From: Myxococcota bacterium | GTDB taxonomy: Bacteria; Myxococcota_A; SURF-8; G963663525 | Reading direction: 5' to 3' | NCBI GenBank assembly: GCA_963676915.2 | Contig: CAXXVK010000043.1 | Coordinates: 64,001 to 128,000, forward strand | DNA: 64,000 bases | In this document: piece after piece, positions 1-9,200 of the stretch | How positions within the stretch are numbered: position 1 is the stretch's first letter | Layout of the letters: each line of letters begins with the position of its first letter | Notes under the pieces: model-generated | Told to the model about the DNA's origin: nothing | The model's database searches: none | What the model saw: only the letters and a program-made list of their open reading frames with translations | Program-made: the position numbers and the translations under genes

Positions 1-825
1 TCGCCCGTTCGTGCGGAACAAGTGCAGGGTGGCTTGTGGGTCCACAGCAACGATCCAAATCAAAGTGAGGTGGTAATAACACTCGAAGGCAAGGGTGTGG
101 TTGAGACATTGCCGCTTAGGGTCGTACTATTTGAAGCCAATCCAGCAGAAGGACCGGTGCCGCTAACGACGATCCTTTCATGGAATATCGTGGGAGGTAC
201 AAGACCTTACGACTGTGAGATTTTCATCGATAATGAATCTGAATACCGGATTACCGATTGCCTCCCGGAAGATGAGATCGAGCACGAATTCCTTGATGAC
301 GGACTTTACATGGTCGAATTGAGAGTTACGGACGATGAGGAAGGACAGTCTGGGGCGGCACTGGAAGTGAAAGCGACCCTGGAAGACATTGAAGAGGGCG
401 ATGAGGATGAAGAAGTTCACCCCGGCGATATTGACGAAATGGACGATGCGGAATTCGAGTTAATCGAAGACGAGGAATTGGACGGAGAACAGGAATTCGA
501 GAGTGTTGAAATGGATGACGAGGTTGTTGATGATGAAGAAGCCGCAGAAATCGAAGAGTCGCAAAGCGAGACGGAACTAGAAGAGGAAGAAACATCAGAG
601 GGTGTTGAGCCAGGTGACGAGGATTCAGCGGAGCAGTCTGAAACTACGGAACAAGCAGGAGATCAGGATCGTACAGCCGATGAGAATGTCGGTGCGGTAG
701 GTGGTGACAGTGGACTATGTAAAAGCGTTGGAGTCACATGGAGTCAAATCGTGCCCCTGACAATTCTTTTCCTGCTTGGTTTTGCAAGGATCAGGCGATG
801 GCGGCGAGAGTTGTCGGTAGTCTGA
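1..825 (+). CDS. C-terminal part of a surface protein: choice-of-anchor-D/Ig-like segment, PKD-like domain, acidic linker, MYXO-CTERM-like sorting signal (5' partial)
   Basis: Frame open from base 1. Motifs 'LWVHSNDP..EVVITLEGKGV' and PKD-like 'FEANPAEGPVPL..GLYMVELRVTDDE', an E/D-rich linker, and C-terminal GG..GLC + hydrophobic helix + RIRRWRR. Confidence 0.7.
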   Translation, partial: SPVRAEQVQGGLWVHSNDPNQSEVVITLEGKGVVETLPLRVVLFEANPAEGPVPLTTILSWNIVGGTRPYDCEIFIDNESEYRITDCLPEDEIEHEFLDDGLYMVELRVTDDEEGQSGAALEVKATLEDIEEGDEDEEVHPGDIDEMDDAEFELIEDEELDGEQEFESVEMDDEVVDDEEAAEIEESQSETELEEEETSEGVEPGDEDSAEQSETTEQAGDQDRTADENVGAVGGDSGLCKSVGVTWSQIVPLTILFLLGFARIRRWRRELSVV

Positions 826-914
826 AAAAAGAAAAGAACACTGTTTTTATTTCTTTTCCGTCTGCAAACACCATTTTATGGATTGTTGCTTGCCAATATT
901 TCATTTTTCAATGA

Positions 915-927
915 AATCAATGGTTTA
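915..927 (+). promoter_or_regulatory. IHF-consensus site in AT-rich intergenic region
   Basis: AATCAATGGTTTA matches WATCAANNNNTTR exactly; short motif, so a chance match is possible. Confidence 0.35.
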
Positions 928-1192
928 GGCTATAGCGTCTCCCGTTTTCCGAACAAACGTATGGTACAGTTTTAATGTAAATATATTGAACAGTTGACTG
1001 GTGCTTCTAAAATGGCTGTAACTGGCAGATGTTATTGATATATCTGCAATGAGGAATGGCGCTGGTTTGTCATACTTTGTTGTTTGATGGGTAAAATACA
1101 GGATTTGCCTTTGGAGTTTTGGCGTTGTATATCTCTATGAATGACGAAACGATTTGTTTTCGTACCATGATGGAGACTCGGACGTTCGAACG

Positions 1193-1822
1193 ATGGTAAA
1201 AGACCTACCCAATGTCTATCTCGTAACGCATTCCCGGCGACATGCCAAATTGAGCTTGGAATCCGCCATTGCCGCCGCGCTCGATGGCGGTGCAAAACTG
1301 GTGCAATGTCGGGATGATAGCTTGTCACGGGAAGAGTTGTCGGACATCGTTTCGAAGGTGCTGCCGTGGTTCGATTCTTCCGACGCTCGATTGCTTGTCC
1401 ACCGATATATCGAGGAAGCTGTGATGCTAGGTGCTCATGGTGTGCATGTAGCTTCCGAGGATCTGCCTCGGCTCCCTGCGATACGTAAACGGGTACCGGA
1501 TGGTTTTCTAATCGGCTACACGGCGCACACGGTACGGGACGGCTATTCGGCGGCACATATGGGAGCGGATTTCGTCACCCTGGGACCGGTATTCGATCCG
1601 CCTCACGGTGAAGCGCGTCATCCGGTGCTTGGTGCGCAGGAGGCGGGACGTGCCGTTACGGAAGTTCCTTGTCCCGTGTTTGTTGCGGGAGGTATAAGTT
1701 CGTTTAAATTCAAGCGGTTGCGCGCTTGCGGTGTAGGACGGGTGGCATTGTCCAGTGCCGTATTCGATAACAGCGACGTACGCCGGGTAGTGATGGAATA
1801 CAGGGAGTTTTGGGAGGCGTAA
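1193..1822 (+). CDS. Thiamine-phosphate synthase/TenI family TIM-barrel protein (divergent active site)
   Basis: 'YLVT..GGAKLVQCRD..GAHGVHV..GADFVTLGPVF..PVFVAGGI..VALSSAV'. ATG 1193 chosen over the TTG start at 1154. Confidence 0.8.
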   Translation: MVKDLPNVYLVTHSRRHAKLSLESAIAAALDGGAKLVQCRDDSLSREELSDIVSKVLPWFDSSDARLLVHRYIEEAVMLGAHGVHVASEDLPRLPAIRKRVPDGFLIGYTAHTVRDGYSAAHMGADFVTLGPVFDPPHGEARHPVLGAQEAGRAVTEVPCPVFVAGGISSFKFKRLRACGVGRVALSSAVFDNSDVRRVVMEYREFWEA

Positions 1823-2457
1823 TGTCGGATCACCTGGAACGAATACGAAATGCGTTGAAGGACTATCAAGGGAAGCCGCTGGAATTCTCGATAAGAGAGC
1901 GCTTGACCGCATCCGCCGTTTTGGCTCCTTTGTATGTCGCCGAGGGGCGGACGTATTTGCTGTTCACCCTCAGAAGTTCCAAAGTGCGAGATCATAAAGG
2001 ACAGATTTCCTTTCCGGGCGGTAAACGAGAAGAGGGCGAAAGCACGCTCGAATGTGCATTGAGGGAAACCGAAGAAGAAATCGGAATTCACCCGCAACAA
2101 GTGGAAATCATAGGGAAACTGGATGAAGTCCCCGTCATTTCCAATCATGTGATTACTCCGTATGTGGGAATTATCCCGTATCCCCACAAACTCACGGTCA
2201 ATGCGGATGAGATCGAGCAGGTTATTCCAATACCGCTGGAGGGCTTTTTCGATCCCTCGATTTACCGGTTGCAACTCAGTCCGTTCATGGGGAGAAACGT
2301 CCCGGTACACTTCTTTTATTTTTCCGAAGCGACGGTCTGGGGTGCGACGGCGCGGATTGTCGTCAAATTGCTTTCGACCGTCTACGGTTTCCTGCCTGAA
2401 CCGTACCGGGAGGTACTGGAAAAAGAGCGAAAAGAACAGGGATTAGCTCGGAGATAG
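1822..2457 (+). CDS. Nudix hydrolase, CoA pyrophosphatase (NudL/PCD1) family
   Basis: 'LLFTLRSSKVRDHKGQISFPGGK', Nudix box 'ALRETEEEIG', 'VWGATA'. Start overlaps the upstream stop (TAATG). Confidence 0.9.
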   Translation: MSDHLERIRNALKDYQGKPLEFSIRERLTASAVLAPLYVAEGRTYLLFTLRSSKVRDHKGQISFPGGKREEGESTLECALRETEEEIGIHPQQVEIIGKLDEVPVISNHVITPYVGIIPYPHKLTVNADEIEQVIPIPLEGFFDPSIYRLQLSPFMGRNVPVHFFYFSEATVWGATARIVVKLLSTVYGFLPEPYREVLEKERKEQGLARR

Positions 2458-2553
2458 TCCTGTGAAAACAGGGAGATACGTTAGTGAAAAGCATGTATCT
2501 GGACATTGCTTGTTCCTGATAGGGCTTTAATCGGTATTTCCCCCGCTCAAAAC

Positions 2554-2581
2554 TTGACTTGCCCGAATATCCTGCTAAATT
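2554..2581 (+). promoter_or_regulatory. Candidate sigma70 promoter of the EF-G2 gene
   Basis: TTGACT-16 nt-TAAATT with an extended TG. Confidence 0.4.
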
Positions 2582-2664
2582 GGCGCATTCCGGGGTAGAT
2601 GTGGATGCATCCTGGAAAAGGCATCGGGTATCGAAGCTTATAGATCCATCAAGGAGCAAAAATA

Positions 2665-4755
2665 ATGGCGAAAAAACTGGAGATCGGTCAAAAGCGCGTC
2701 GTAGGATTTGCCGGGCATTCCGGCTGCGGCAAAACTTCTTTGTGCGAAGCGATGCTGTGGCTTGTCAAGGCGACCGACCGGCTTGGCCGCGTCGATCAGC
2801 AGACGGCGGCGATGGACTTCGAGCCCGAAGAGCACAAGCGGTTGTACTCGGTCAGTTCTTCGACCAACGACATCACCTATAAAAATATGCAGTATTTCAT
2901 GCTGGATACCCCCGGCAGTTCGGATTTCATTCCCGAGGCGAAAATCACTCTGACGGTCGCGGGTGGTGTTGTGATGCCGATCGATGCCGTGGAAGGTCCG
3001 AAGCATCAGCATGGTGTGTTGCAGGAATTTTTGACCGAGCGTAACGTTCCGTTGATGTTGTTCGTCAACAAACTCGATAAAGAACGCGCCAAAGTGGACG
3101 AAACGCTGACCGCCGTAAAAGAGCAAATCGGGATCGACCCCGTTCTGCTTCAGTTGCCGATCGGCAAGGAAGACGATTTCAAAGGCGTCGTCGATCTGCT
3201 GGCGAAACAGGCGTTTGTCTACTCCGACGAAAGTGGAAAATCCGAAAAGACCGACATTCCCGCCGACATGGCCGATGCCGTGGAAGAAGCTCGGGAAGCC
3301 ATGATCGAACGCCTTGTTGAAGGTGACGAAGAGATCATGGAAAAATACCTCGAAGGCGAAGAAGTCACCACCGAAGAACTTTACATGTGCTTGAAAAAAG
3401 GCACGCTTTCCGGTGAGTTGGTGCCTGCGTTGTTGGGTTCGGCCTACAAAAATATTGGTGTGGATCGTCTCTTGGAAGCCATCAAAGGCGCGTTTCCGTC
3501 TCCCGACGAAGAAGCCCCCCGCCCCATGGTGGATGTGGACAGTGGCGAGGAACTCGAAGAAACGGTGCAAATCACCGAAGACGGTCCGTTTTTGGGATAC
3601 GTATTCAAGACGTTGGCCGATCCTTTCGGAACCGTCTATTACCTGCGGGTTATGCGCGGAAAACTGGCGAGCGACGACGATTACGTCAACGTCAGCCGCA
3701 ATTCCAAAGAGCGGATGGGTAAACTGTTCTATATGCGCGGTAAAAAGCACGAATCCGTGGACGAAGTCGGTGCCGGTGAAATCGTTGCCGTGTCCAAGAT
3801 GAAGGACATGAAAACCGGCGATACCCTGGGCGCTGCGAAACATAACGCCGTGTTGGCTCCTCTGCCGGAAGCCATCCAGATGATCACCTTCGCCATTTAC
3901 GCCAAAAAGAAAGGCGAAGAAGAGAAAATGGGTCAGGCGATCTATCGTCTGCTCGAAGAAGACCCGACGTTGAAGATGGAACGCCAGGAGCAGACCAAGG
4001 AACTGCTGATTTCCGCCGTTGGCCAGGCGCACTTGGACGTGACGATCGAAAAAATAGCTCGCCGCTTCAAAGTCGAAATCGATTTCCGCACCCCCAAAAT
4101 TCCGTATCGTGAAACGATTCGCGGACGTTGCGAAGTCGAAGGGAAACACAAGAAACAATCCGGTGGTCGTGGACAATTCGGTGTGTGCTGGATTCGTGTG
4201 GCACCCAAACCCCGTGGTGAAGGCTTCGAATTTGTCAACTGCATCGTGGGTGGCGCGATTCCGAAGCAGTACATTCCTGCCGTGGAAAAAGGTATCGTCG
4301 ATACCATGCTGACGGGTGATTTGTCCGGTAACCCGGTGCAGGACGTACAAATCGAGCTGTTCGACGGTAAATACCACGACGTCGATTCCTCGGAAATGGC
4401 CTTCAAAATCGCGGGAAGTCAGGCTTGGAAGACGGCTTTCGAGAAGTCCGAACCGGTTCTCTTGGAGCCTTATATCGACGTGCTGGTCAAGGTGCCGTCC
4501 GAGCACATGGGCGATGTGATCGGTGAGTTGAACTCTCGCCGTGGTCGGGTTCAGGGTATGGAAGAAGCCGGGCGCTACGCCGAGGTTTCGGCACAGTGTC
4601 CTCAAGCGGAAATGCACGACTTTTCCCAGACTCTGCGCAGCATGACCCAGGACCGTGCGGTCTTTACCACGGCGTTCAGCCACTACGAGGAAACGCCGCC
4701 CGACGTGATGAAGAAGGTCGTCGAGGAGTATCAGCGCTCCAAAGAAGAAGAATAG
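2665..4755 (+). CDS. fusA: Elongation factor G paralog (EF-G2/EF-G II)
   Basis: GHSGCGKT, DTPG, NKLD, 'PYRETI', 'HKKQSGGRGQFG', 'HDVDSSEMAF', 'LLEP'. Lacks RGITI and DTPGH, and is not in an str operon. Confidence 0.93.
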   Translation: MAKKLEIGQKRVVGFAGHSGCGKTSLCEAMLWLVKATDRLGRVDQQTAAMDFEPEEHKRLYSVSSSTNDITYKNMQYFMLDTPGSSDFIPEAKITLTVAGGVVMPIDAVEGPKHQHGVLQEFLTERNVPLMLFVNKLDKERAKVDETLTAVKEQIGIDPVLLQLPIGKEDDFKGVVDLLAKQAFVYSDESGKSEKTDIPADMADAVEEAREAMIERLVEGDEEIMEKYLEGEEVTTEELYMCLKKGTLSGELVPALLGSAYKNIGVDRLLEAIKGAFPSPDEEAPRPMVDVDSGEELEETVQITEDGPFLGYVFKTLADPFGTVYYLRVMRGKLASDDDYVNVSRNSKERMGKLFYMRGKKHESVDEVGAGEIVAVSKMKDMKTGDTLGAAKHNAVLAPLPEAIQMITFAIYAKKKGEEEKMGQAIYRLLEEDPTLKMERQEQTKELLISAVGQAHLDVTIEKIARRFKVEIDFRTPKIPYRETIRGRCEVEGKHKKQSGGRGQFGVCWIRVAPKPRGEGFEFVNCIVGGAIPKQYIPAVEKGIVDTMLTGDLSGNPVQDVQIELFDGKYHDVDSSEMAFKIAGSQAWKTAFEKSEPVLLEPYIDVLVKVPSEHMGDVIGELNSRRGRVQGMEEAGRYAEVSAQCPQAEMHDFSQTLRSMTQDRAVFTTAFSHYEETPPDVMKKVVEEYQRSKEEE

Positions 4756-4823
4756 ATCCTTTTCGTTCCATTTCGTAACCAACAGGCACGGTTCACGCCG
4801 TGCCTTTCCTTTTGGAGGACGTC

Positions 4824-5648
4824 ATGGTCGAGTCCGCTTCTCCCCGGTCCCGTCGAATTGTGGCCTGTACTCCTGCCGCTGCCGAAATCCTTTTGCTGCT
4901 TGGTGCCGGAGAGAGGCTTCTTGGAGTTTGTACAGGCTTGGAAATTCCTGAATTGGAATCCAAGGTCGAGGTGGGAACGCCGGACAACATCGACGCCGAA
5001 AAAGTCGCTTCTTTGAAACCCGACCTTGTGATTCACTCCAATTCGTATCCCGGAGCCGAGGTTGCGATTCATCGGATGGAAGCCATGGGACTGCATGTCC
5101 TGAATCTAACGACCGAACGTTTCGACGATTTGTTGTCTGATCTTTTTGCGGTGGGAGTGGAAATCGGAGAGGAAACCAAAGTTTCCGAATGGGTTGATCG
5201 GTTCGACGAGCGCCGCCGTCGCCTGCTTCGCCTTGTTCCGCGCAAAGATCGACCGTTGCGTGTTTACATCGAACTCTGGCCCAACCCTTTTGTCAGCGCA
5301 GGTTCGCAAAGCTGGATGACGGATATGATCAAGCTGGCGGGAGGACACAACTGTTTTGCCGACCGCTATTATCCCTCCTATACCATTGAAGAGGAACGTA
5401 TCCTCGAAGAAGACCCGGAAACGATTCTGATTTGCTGGGCCGGTCAAGGCGACGATACCGGCGAGCTGGACCCGGAAGAAATCCGCAAGCGAAAGGGCTG
5501 GCAGAAAATGGCCGCCGTACGTTTCAAACAGGTGTTTTTCTTGCCGGAATCCCTGTTTTCGATACCCGGTCCACGTATGCTGGATGGTTTGGAACATCTG
5601 ATCGGGCTGTTTTCAGGATTGCAGCGTGACGACGATGGACGGGATTGA
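4824..5648 (+). CDS. Helical-backbone metal receptor, BtuF/cobalamin-binding protein family
   Basis: 'RIVACTPAAAEILLLLGAGERLLGV', 'DAEKVASLKPDLVI', 'PGPRMLDGLEHL'. GGAGG RBS before ATG 4824. Confidence 0.8.
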   Translation: MVESASPRSRRIVACTPAAAEILLLLGAGERLLGVCTGLEIPELESKVEVGTPDNIDAEKVASLKPDLVIHSNSYPGAEVAIHRMEAMGLHVLNLTTERFDDLLSDLFAVGVEIGEETKVSEWVDRFDERRRRLLRLVPRKDRPLRVYIELWPNPFVSAGSQSWMTDMIKLAGGHNCFADRYYPSYTIEEERILEEDPETILICWAGQGDDTGELDPEEIRKRKGWQKMAAVRFKQVFFLPESLFSIPGPRMLDGLEHLIGLFSGLQRDDDGRD

Positions 5649-5887
5649 CGAAAATCCTCTATACCGAGATTTTTCTTTCAGTGCAATTCATTTCCCACGG
5701 CATAGATACCTGACAGTCTTTTTTTTTAAATCGATAAAAAAATACAGGAAATAGTCGAGGAGAATTTTCTTTTACCATATGTACGGAAAAGCGAATTTAT
5801 GTTTAAATTCGAGGATTTATTGGGAATCTAAGACATATTTGCGTGCCATGTTTCATAGGATTTTACAGGATCGATACAAATAAAATA

Positions 5888-5916
5888 TTGCCAATCATCC
5901 GATACGGGAGTAATCT
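5888..5916 (+). promoter_or_regulatory. Candidate sigma70 promoter
   Basis: TTGCCA-17 nt-TAATCT upstream of 5977. Confidence 0.45.
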
Positions 5917-5976
5917 TCCCGGTGAATTGTCACCTATAAACCGTCTTTCTTTTCTTTCTACAGGGAGGTACCCCTT

Positions 5977-6570
5977 ATGAAATGGTTCCCACTGGTTGTT
6001 CTTGCGATGTTTTTCTGCTTAACCGGCTTTTCTCCGGTCGATGTGTCCGACGATCAAGATAGCGACTTTTCGTCGATGATGTCGCAATCTCCGGATGAAA
6101 CGATGGTCGTTGCGGCTAAAGATTGCCCAAAACGTTGCAAAAAGGCAGGGATATGTTCCCCGAATTGTTCTCAATGTGTCGATCAATGCAAAGCTTCGGT
6201 ACAGCAGTGCAAAGCCGCGTGTAAAAACAAAAAATGCCGTAACCAATGCAACAAAAAGCGTGAAAAATGCAAAGATTCGTGTCAGGGCATGCAATTCAAC
6301 GATCCTGTTGTCCAGCGATTTAAACAACAGCAAGCGGCTCAGACAACGCCTCCTCCTCCGCCTCCTCCTCCGCCCGCTCCGGCGGCTGTGGTCGATTGCC
6401 CGAAACGCTGCATGAAAGACGGCACGTGCTCGGTTCCGTGTATGAACTGCGTGAACAATTGCAAAAGCCAAACCATCAATTGCAAAGCGGCATGCAGCAA
6501 CAAGAAATGCCGGGGTAAATGCAACAAGAAACGTGAAAAATGCAAAAAATCGTGTCAGAAAATGAAGTAA
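5977..6570 (+). CDS. Secreted cationic Cys-rich protein with two 12-Cys (6 x CX3C) domains joined by a poly-Pro linker
   Basis: GGAGG RBS, signal peptide, duplicated 'DCPKRC..G.CS..C..CV..CK.....CKAAC.NKKCR..CNKKREKCK.SCQ'. Confidence 0.85.
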   Translation: MKWFPLVVLAMFFCLTGFSPVDVSDDQDSDFSSMMSQSPDETMVVAAKDCPKRCKKAGICSPNCSQCVDQCKASVQQCKAACKNKKCRNQCNKKREKCKDSCQGMQFNDPVVQRFKQQQAAQTTPPPPPPPPPAPAAVVDCPKRCMKDGTCSVPCMNCVNNCKSQTINCKAACSNKKCRGKCNKKREKCKKSCQKMK

Positions 6571-6603
6571 GCACTAGCTGAATCAACGAGAGTTTTGGTG
6601 AGA

Positions 6604-6650
6604 GGACGGAGTAATGTTAGAAAGAACATTGCTCCGTCCCTTTTATTTTT
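6604..6650 (+). terminator. Rho-independent terminator
   Basis: GGACGGAGTAATGTT/AACATTGCTCCGTCC stem followed by TTTTATTTTT. Confidence 0.85.
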
Positions 6651-6685
6651 AGATGAATTATTCGGGTAAAGACTAAATGGGGTGG

Positions 6686-7345
6686 CTAGTCACCACTTCT
6701 GACGCATGTGACGCAAGTTGCATCGTAATATCCTTCACCCCACCAGTAATCGATCACAGCATTATGTGGTTGGATGTACAAATAATGTTTGCCAAATTGA
6801 TCGTCCGTATCCGTCATTTGGGTGGAAGACCAGAAAAGGATGCAGTAATAATTTTCGAATTCTTCTGGGACGTAGTAATTATATCCGTTTTCATCTTCGT
6901 AGTAAGGCCCTTCATTGCCCTCGCATCCATTGCAAGGGGAATTTTCTCCCAATTCTTCTTCCCAGCAACTTACCGTTGTGCAGTTGTTGCTCATCTTGCA
7001 TGATCCACCCGTTTTCGTGTTGTCACAACCTTTGATCAAAGTTCTTAGCTGGTCGATGGTCGGTAATGACCAATCCGAAAAACCGTAAGCTTCAGAATTT
7101 TCACAATAATCGTTTGCATGTTCCCAGCTTAGCCAATGCCCCATTTCGAGTGACCAGACAATTTGTGTGTTTGGATCTGTATAAGGGCCACTGTTTGAAG
7201 GAGCTTTCTCCTCACGATTTTCAATTGGAATATGGCTGTTGCAGTTGTCGCAATCACAGTCGTCGTTGCCACCGCAGCCAGTTGCAAAGAGGAAGATAGT
7301 CACAAGCACCAAAAGCGTGTTGGGTGTGGAAGAATTGATTCTCAT
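6686..7345 (-). CDS. DUF1566 (Lcl C-terminal, C-type-lectin-like) domain lipoprotein
   Basis: Lipobox 'FATGC', 'TDPNTQIVW..LSWEHANDYC..GFSDWSLPTIDQL..FWSST..VTCVR'. AAGGAG RBS before ATG 7345; AT-rich. Confidence 0.8.
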   Translation of the reverse strand: MRINSSTPNTLLVLVTIFLFATGCGGNDDCDCDNCNSHIPIENREEKAPSNSGPYTDPNTQIVWSLEMGHWLSWEHANDYCENSEAYGFSDWSLPTIDQLRTLIKGCDNTKTGGSCKMSNNCTTVSCWEEELGENSPCNGCEGNEGPYYEDENGYNYYVPEEFENYYCILFWSSTQMTDTDDQFGKHYLYIQPHNAVIDYWWGEGYYDATCVTCVRSGD

Positions 7346-7615
7346 AAAAATCTCCTTAATTTTTGCAATGGAATTAACTCCAACGAAAAAAGACGAGTAG
7401 TTCCCTCGAAGAATTATCACCGATTCCTTTATTATAACAGAAAGTCAATTATTTCCAGAATATACAAAAAGCATCCGACAAAATCGCTAATGACTGTTTA
7501 TGTAAACACGAACTGGATATAAAAAGTAGTCTATATTTTCGGCTATTGAAAAAACGTGGGAACTTGTTACAATCTTGGTCAGTCGAATGTTTTTACTCCC
7601 TGTCAGAAAGGATCG

Positions 7616-8611
7616 ATGATGGCCATTTTATTGTCGAAAAGCGATGTTGCCAAACTGTTGGATATGCCGGATGTGATTGAAATCATGGCCAAAGCCTTTG
7701 CCGATCTATCCAACGGCGATGCCGAATTGCCGCAACGGACCCCGATCGTCGTGCCCAAGGAAGAAGGCTTGGCGCTATTCATGCCCGCCTATCTTAAAGG
7801 TATGGGTGCCCTGGGAGCGAAAATCGTGACCGTGTTCAAGAACAATCCGGCTCGCTATCAAATGCCGAACGTGATGGGAACCATTCTGCTCAACGACGAA
7901 AGCACCGGTAAGCCGATCGCTCTAATGGACGGTGGATTCTTGACCGCTATTCGTACAGGTGCCGTTGCCGGTTTGGCGACGAAACTGCTGGCTCGTGAAG
8001 ATGCGAAAATCCATACGGTTTTCGGAACCGGAGGCATGGCGCGTTCGCAAATCTGGGCCGTACAGAGCGCTCGAAACATCGAGACGCTGGTGCTGTATTC
8101 CCAAGATCCGAAAGAAAAAATCGAGGCATTTCGGGATTCTATCCGAGATAACGTGGATACCGAAATCGTCATCGCCGACGATCCGGTCCAGGCCATCGGA
8201 CAGGCGGATGTTCTGACCCTTATCACCAGTGCGAAAGATCCGATTCTCGACGGCGATTGGATCAAGCCCGGAACCCATGTCAATGGTATCGGTTCCCATG
8301 CCCCGGCGATGCGTGAACTCGACGCGAAAACCATTCAGCGCTCGAAAGTCGTTTGCGATCTCGTCGATGCCTGCAAGGCGGAGGCGGGGGATTTCATTAT
8401 TCCGGTCGAAGCGGGAGAATGGGACTGGTCGAAGGCGCACGGTTCGTTGGGAGACGTGGTGACGGGTAAAATTGCGGCTCGTGAAAATGCCGAAGAAATA
8501 ACGCTATTCAAGAGCGTCGGATTGGCCGTGCAGGATATTTCCACGGCGTACTATGTCTATGAAAAAGCGAAGCAAACCGGTACGGGAACGGAGTTTGATT
8601 TCGCCGGATAG
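7616..8611 (+). CDS. Ornithine cyclodeaminase / mu-crystallin family protein (archaeal-type alanine dehydrogenase-like)
   Basis: 'LFMPAYL..GAKIVTVF..N', 'LTAIRTGA', 'GTGGMA', 'GTHVNGIGS..RELD', 'ITLFKSVGLAVQD'. Confidence 0.9.
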   Translation: MMAILLSKSDVAKLLDMPDVIEIMAKAFADLSNGDAELPQRTPIVVPKEEGLALFMPAYLKGMGALGAKIVTVFKNNPARYQMPNVMGTILLNDESTGKPIALMDGGFLTAIRTGAVAGLATKLLAREDAKIHTVFGTGGMARSQIWAVQSARNIETLVLYSQDPKEKIEAFRDSIRDNVDTEIVIADDPVQAIGQADVLTLITSAKDPILDGDWIKPGTHVNGIGSHAPAMRELDAKTIQRSKVVCDLVDACKAEAGDFIIPVEAGEWDWSKAHGSLGDVVTGKIAARENAEEITLFKSVGLAVQDISTAYYVYEKAKQTGTGTEFDFAG

Positions 8612-8617
8612 CCTTTC

Positions 8618-8671
8618 GTTTCCCTCGGTTCACGAATGGTCTATCCGTGAACCGAGAGGAAACAAAAAAAA
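8618..8671. terminator. Stem-loop terminator between convergent genes
   Basis: CTCGGTTCACG/CGTGAACCGAG stem with an A-tract on the right. Confidence 0.6.
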
Positions 8672-9100
8672 TCAGTCGATTTTCACCAGTTCCAATTCAA
8701 AATTAAGGTTTTTCCCGGCTAAGGGATGGTTGGCATCCATTACCAGATAGTCGTCGTGGACTTCGGTGATGACCACCGGCATGCTCTGCTCGGGATTCGG
8801 ACCCATCTGCAATTGCAGTCCGACTTCGGGTTGGATGTGGGGCGGCATCTGCTTGCGCTCCACTTTAACCACCATTTCTTTATTGTGCTCGCCGTAGGCT
8901 TCCTCTACGGGAATGTGCACGGTTTTCTTGTCGCCGATTTCCATTCCTTCCACAGCGTTTTCGAAGCCGGGAATCACCATGGATTTTCCCAGCTCGAATT
9001 CCAAAGGTTCACGCCCCTTGGAGGAGTCGAAAATCGTTCCGTCATCGAGGGTTCCGGTGTAATGAACGTGCACGACATTTCCTGTTTTTGCACAAGACAT
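8672..9100 (-). CDS. FKBP-type peptidyl-prolyl isomerase, SlyD/SlpA family
   Basis: 'VHYTGTLDDGTIFDSS..REPLEF..IPGFE..AYG..DANHPLAGKNLNF'. Confidence 0.95.
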   Translation of the reverse strand: MSCAKTGNVVHVHYTGTLDDGTIFDSSKGREPLEFELGKSMVIPGFENAVEGMEIGDKKTVHIPVEEAYGEHNKEMVVKVERKQMPPHIQPEVGLQLQMGPNPEQSMPVVITEVHDDYLVMDANHPLAGKNLNFELELVKID

Positions 9101-9125
9101 AGCATTCCTTTCGTTTCGTGAATGT

Positions 9126-9157
9126 AAAAAAAGCCCACGGGAAAGCTCCCGTGGGCT
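9126..9157 (-). terminator. Rho-independent terminator of the 9201-11582 gene
   Basis: AGCCCACGGGA/TCCCGTGGGCT stem with a T-tract on the minus strand. Confidence 0.85.
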
Positions 9158-9200
9158 GTGGGTTCGGTTCGAACGTTCGATCAGTCCGACAGCTTGGTCA

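Noticed and set aside
826-1190. TPP riboswitch upstream of the thiE-like gene
   Set aside because: Conserved CTGAGA and ACCTGA elements were not found.
2638-4782. 714-aa antisense ORF over the EF-G2 gene
   Set aside because: Shadow ORF from codon bias; no recognisable motifs.
4756-4823. Cobalamin riboswitch upstream of the btuF-like gene
   Set aside because: Gap is too short and has no B12 box.
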